A stretch of DNA of 64,000 nt from an uncultured bacterium (GTDB lineage: Bacteria > Patescibacteriota > Patescibacteriia > Magasanikbacterales > GWA2-37-8), in assembly GCA_937903605.1 (NCBI GenBank), contig CALCZC010000028.1, positions 6,680 to 70,679 of the forward strand, read 5' to 3'. Shown here one piece after another: positions 60,473 through 64,000 of this stretch. The notes beneath the pieces are model-generated. The model was not told where the DNA came from. It worked only from the letters and a program-made list of their open reading frames with translations, and made no database searches. Position 1 is the first letter of the stretch. Every line of letters begins with the position of its first letter. A program made the translations under genes and the position numbers.

Positions 60473-60576
60473 TGCGGATCTTTTAAAAGCGCCTTTTGGG
60501 AATGTCTTTGTTTCAGCGGGATGTTCCTAAATGGGAACGCCCTCCACGAAGCTTTACCCTAAGGACTTATCTTCTA
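60458..60576 (-). ncRNA. Candidate DUF3800-associated ncRNA (~115 nt)
   Basis: Minus-strand TTGACA-17-TATAAT (60610-60582), internal hairpin 60518-60542, terminal hairpin 60462-60479 followed by a U-run. Confidence 0.6.
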
Positions 60577-60620
60577 ACCTGATTATACAATATTTGTATA
60601 AATGTGTCAATATCGCCATT

Positions 60621-61700
60621 TTAGGCGATATTTTTATAAAAATTCATATTTCCGGCGTTTTTGATAATACCCCTCATTTCCAAAAGCACCATGATAGTGC
60701 TGACTTGAGGGGCGGGTAACCCTGATTCGCGGATGATAAAATCAATGTTTTTTGGCTCGGTTGAGAGAAAATTTAGTATTTTTTCTTCTTCCGGAGAAAA
60801 ATTCATCACTGATTGTTTTATGGTTTGTTCAACCGCCATGTTTAAATTTAGAATTTCCAAAATATCAGTGGCTTTCAGCACCAATTTGGCATTTTTTTGC
60901 AATAATAAATTACCCCCGGCTCCCAAAATAGATGTTATAGGGTGGGGAAAACAAAGAACTTCGCGATTGTATTCACGGGCGTTTTCCGCAGTAATGAGAG
61001 ATCCGGAACCCACAGGAGCTTCTACCACCAGAGTTGCGGGAGTGGATCCGGCAATGAGGCGATTACGAAGAGGAAAAGAATAAGCGGTTGGTTCAAAACC
61101 GGGTGGATATTCGGAAATCACCGCTCCGTCGTTTTTGATAATCTCTTCAGCCAGTTTTTGATTGGAAGCGGGATAAATTTCTCTTTGCACTACACTACTG
61201 CCCAGATATGCCACGGTTTTTCCACCGGCTTTCAGAGTGTATTCATGAACCAAAGCGTCTATCCCAAGCGCTAGTCCGGATACGATAACAAAGCCTCTAT
61301 TCACCAAAGGGGCGGTGATTTGTTCCAACGCCATTTTGGCGTAAGTGCTATGTTTGCGCGTGCCAACGACACTTAGGCTGCGAGGGGTAAGTGGTGGAAT
61401 TTTACCGCGCACAAAAAGAGTAAAAGGCGGATCCGGAATTTTTTTGAGCAGTTCAGGGTATTCTGCATCATTTATATTTATAATTCTGACATTTTCTTTA
61501 TTCAAAATTTCTTGTAGTTTTTCTTTGGTTTGCTGTTCGCGCCAAGAGATAAATTCTGCGGATATATTTTCTTCCCAGCCCGCACTCATAAAGTCAGACA
61601 CCTCGGCATTCCAAATATCTTTTGGGTTAATAAAATAATTCACCGCCTTTTTAAAGCGGGAATAGGTGATCTTAGGAAAAAACGACAACAGTAAGTACAT
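60621..61700 (-). CDS. dprA: DNA-processing protein DprA
   Basis: YPELLKKIPDPP, VVGTRK, VSGLALGID, FPLRNRLIAG, SGSLITA, C-terminal wHTH. Confidence 0.96.
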   Translation of the reverse strand: MYLLLSFFPKITYSRFKKAVNYFINPKDIWNAEVSDFMSAGWEENISAEFISWREQQTKEKLQEILNKENVRIININDAEYPELLKKIPDPPFTLFVRGKIPPLTPRSLSVVGTRKHSTYAKMALEQITAPLVNRGFVIVSGLALGIDALVHEYTLKAGGKTVAYLGSSVVQREIYPASNQKLAEEIIKNDGAVISEYPPGFEPTAYSFPLRNRLIAGSTPATLVVEAPVGSGSLITAENAREYNREVLCFPHPITSILGAGGNLLLQKNAKLVLKATDILEILNLNMAVEQTIKQSVMNFSPEEEKILNFLSTEPKNIDFIIRESGLPAPQVSTIMVLLEMRGIIKNAGNMNFYKNIA

Positions 61701-61783
61701 TGGTTTGAGAAAAGTTGTTTTAACTCAAAACTCAAATGTCAAAAGTCAAAACCAAAGCCTTAAATGTCAAAACTGACGATAAG

Positions 61784-61874
61784 TGTCATTACGAATCCGC
61801 AAAGCGGATGAAGTAATCCCACTGCTTTCTGAATTTTGTGGGATTGCTTCGTCATTACACTCCTCGCAATGACA
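61784..61874. repeat. Palindromic element (TGTCATT.CGA...GAAGCAATCCC type) nested in a heptamer array
   Basis: TGTCATTACGA / TCGCAATGACA termini; GAAGTAATCCCAC / GTGGGATTGCTTC inner inverted repeat. Confidence 0.75.
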
Positions 61875-61929
61875 AGGTTTTAAGGTTTTGAGTTGTAGTT
61901 TTGAGTTTTGCGTTTTGAGATTTGAGATA

Positions 61930-62457
61930 TTATTTTTGCGTAATTTTGCCAACAATTTCTTTGATAATATCTTCCAAACTTGTCAGTTCCGTCTTCGTAA
62001 AATTCATTAGCACAAACTCCGCCGTGTCTCCCATCTTCTCCTTGTCTTCCCAAGCTACGCCGATGCGGATGCGGGCAAAATCTTGCGTGCCCAGGTGTTC
62101 AATGATAGATTTTATACCATTGTGTCCGGCTGCGGATCTGTTGTTTTGATATTTTACCTCCCCAAACAAAATATCTTTGTCGTCTTGAACAACAATAATA
62201 TCTTTAATTTTAATTTTATAAAAATCCATAACCGCGCGTACCGGAGAGCCCGATAAATTCATGAAAGTTTGCGGTTTGAGCAATACCACATCTTCGTTTT
62301 CCAATTTTACTTGCGCTATTTCGGCGTTGAATTTTTTTTGAAACTTAAAATCCGCGCCTAAAACTTTCGCAAGCGCGTCAACCACTATAAAACCGGCATT
62401 ATGCCGTGTTTTAGCGTATTCTTTTCCAGGATTTCCCAGGCCGATAATAAGTTTCAT
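61930..62457 (-). CDS. pth: Peptidyl-tRNA hydrolase
   Basis: GLGNPG..TRHNAGF, KPQTFMNLSG, GHNGIKS. Confidence 0.97.
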   Translation of the reverse strand: MKLIIGLGNPGKEYAKTRHNAGFIVVDALAKVLGADFKFQKKFNAEIAQVKLENEDVVLLKPQTFMNLSGSPVRAVMDFYKIKIKDIIVVQDDKDILFGEVKYQNNRSAAGHNGIKSIIEHLGTQDFARIRIGVAWEDKEKMGDTAEFVLMNFTKTELTSLEDIIKEIVGKITQK

Positions 62458-62598
62458 ATGGATATAGTATAGAGTATTTGGTATTTTGTATCAAGCTTGC
62501 CCCGTGAATTGCGAAGCAATTTTTACGGGGTAAAAAAAGCCCGCTGCTTGCAGCGGGCCGAATGAAAGGAGTATCGAGGTTTTTTGTCCGCCCCCTAC

Positions 62599-62805
62599 TC
62601 ACTTTTTGAGAAATGATCGCGAGGAAAAGAGAATAAACATAAAGGTCGGGAAAAGGACAATCGACTTTTTCCACCACTCCCATTTGTCAAACTGGAAAAA
62701 GAAATTCGCTAGATAAAGGAAAAATCCGAACAAGAGACCCAAAAAGATAGTGACAAGAACAAGACGGGTGTTTTCCTTGTTAAAGAAGGCCTTAACTTTT
62801 TCCAT
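62599..62805 (-). CDS. Small two-TM membrane protein
   Basis: GGAGG SD before MEKVKAFF; two hydrophobic helices; upstream TTGACA..TACAAT. Confidence 0.6.
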   Translation of the reverse strand: MEKVKAFFNKENTRLVLVTIFLGLLFGFFLYLANFFFQFDKWEWWKKSIVLFPTFMFILFSSRSFLKK

Positions 62806-63190
62806 GGCTTCCTCCGCCACAAAGTTGTTAGAATGTACGATAACAGTACATTGTAGCACATTTTGGCTGTTTTGTCAATGGTTAGCCATTTTTTGGTTTT
62901 AATTGGTCAACAATCACAAAGGCGAACATTTAAAAATACGAACAAATTTTGTTAAGGAGCGAAGCGTTAAGAAATTCTACTGTTTGAGGAATGTAATGAC
63001 GAGTTTAGAATTTTAGCGTAGCGAGCTTTACAAAATTGTGAGGATTTTTAACAGTGAGCGATTTTCTTTCAGTCCATTTTCTTTTCTAAAAAGAAAGTGG
63101 ACGAAAAGAGTGATAGCGGGATGAATATATTTAGCAAGAAGGATGTTGGAATAACAAGGGAGACAAAAAATCGCCCTTTCGGACGATTTT

Positions 63191-64000
63191 TTATCTATAT
63201 CTTTGCGCAGTGCGCACAAACTTCCTTTGTTTTCTTGTCGGCTTATTTCCGGCTTTTCTTTCCTGTCTATTAAATGAAACTTGTTTTAATTTGGAAACTT
63301 TGATTATAAGCGGAGTGGCAAAAAAGCCAAATTTTTCACGTAAGCGTTTTTTGAGATATTGGATATAAGAGTTATGTAAAGAAGTTTTAACCTTGATAAG
63401 CAACTCAAACACAGGCGGATTGCTGGCCAACTGTTTCAAACTCAAAATTTTCGGATGACGAACACCCTTGCCGGTTGTCGGCATCTTTTTATGAGTAGTG
63501 TTTTTGAGGAATTCTTTGAGCGTAGCGTCGTCTATCGTAATTTGTCTGGCTTCATACGCCTGCTTGATAAGCGGGAAAATTTGGTGTACGCGATATTGGG
63601 ATTTGGCGCTGACAAAAACAATAGGCGCGAAATCCAAGTGAGGAAAATTGTTATAAATCAATTGTTTAACTTCTCCTCTAAATTCATCATCATTGGCTTC
63701 GGCTTTATCCCATTTGTTTATAACGATAATCGTACTTTTGGTATGTTCTTTGAGAAATCCGCCAAGCTGTTGATCTTGATCGGTTATTGGTTCACCTGCA
63801 TCCAATACAAACAAAACTATATCTGATTTATTTATCGCTTCCAAACTTTTACCAATACCGATTTTTTCTAATTCTCCGGAAACTTTAGTTTTTCTTCTTA
63901 TTCCGGCTGTGTCTACAAACAATAAGTTTGTTCCTTCAGCTTCTATCAAAATATCATGTGGTTCACGTGTGGTGTGTGGCATATCACTGACGATAACCCT
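63191..64000 (-). CDS. der: Ribosome biogenesis GTPase Der (5' part outside the window)
   Basis: HTTRE, DTAGIRRK and NKWD of the second G domain, plus KH-like NPPVF..YLKKRLREKFGF. Confidence 0.95.
   Translation of the reverse strand, partial: RVIVSDMPHTTREPHDILIEAEGTNLLFVDTAGIRRKTKVSGELEKIGIGKSLEAINKSDIVLFVLDAGEPITDQDQQLGGFLKEHTKSTIIVINKWDKAEANDDEFRGEVKQLIYNNFPHLDFAPIVFVSAKSQYRVHQIFPLIKQAYEARQITIDDATLKEFLKNTTHKKMPTTGKGVRHPKILSLKQLASNPPVFELLIKVKTSLHNSYIQYLKKRLREKFGFFATPLIIKVSKLKQVSFNRQERKAGNKPTRKQRKFVRTAQRYR

Overview
AT-rich chromosomal segment of a Patescibacteria/CPR bacterium. The assignment is inferred from the absence of rpmD (uL30) between rpsE and rplO, a large TrbC/VirB2-like pilin array, a short RelA/SpoT and a 23S-5S locus without 16S. 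TGA is used as a stop codon, so the code is standard. In order, the window holds 12 pilin-like genes, an MGDG-synthase-like glycosyltransferase, four tRNAs, rpsO-NYN-pnp, 23S+5S rRNA, fba/glmU-N/glmS, split str and S10 operons, the spc operon to map, ruvX-recO, parAB, rel, topA, dprA, pth and part of der. The most notable part is a ~4.6 kb island between topA and dprA. It carries a complete diversity-generating retroelement (DGR): a 609-aa target with a C-terminal VR, a TR differing at 16 positions that are all TR adenines, an avd gene in inverted orientation, and an RT. The avd and RT 5' ends overlap head-to-head across one G11 tract, and one extra G puts both in frame with ATG starts. This is either a candidate shared phase-variation switch or a homopolymer error. 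The island also has a DUF3800-like gene facing a ~115-nt candidate ncRNA with a perfect sigma70 promoter. Further candidates are orphan sRNAs near rel and recO, DnaA-box-like pairs at the rRNA and tuf promoters, beta-defensin-like pilin tails, and several short palindromic repeat families. All calls come from reading the sequence; no searches were run.
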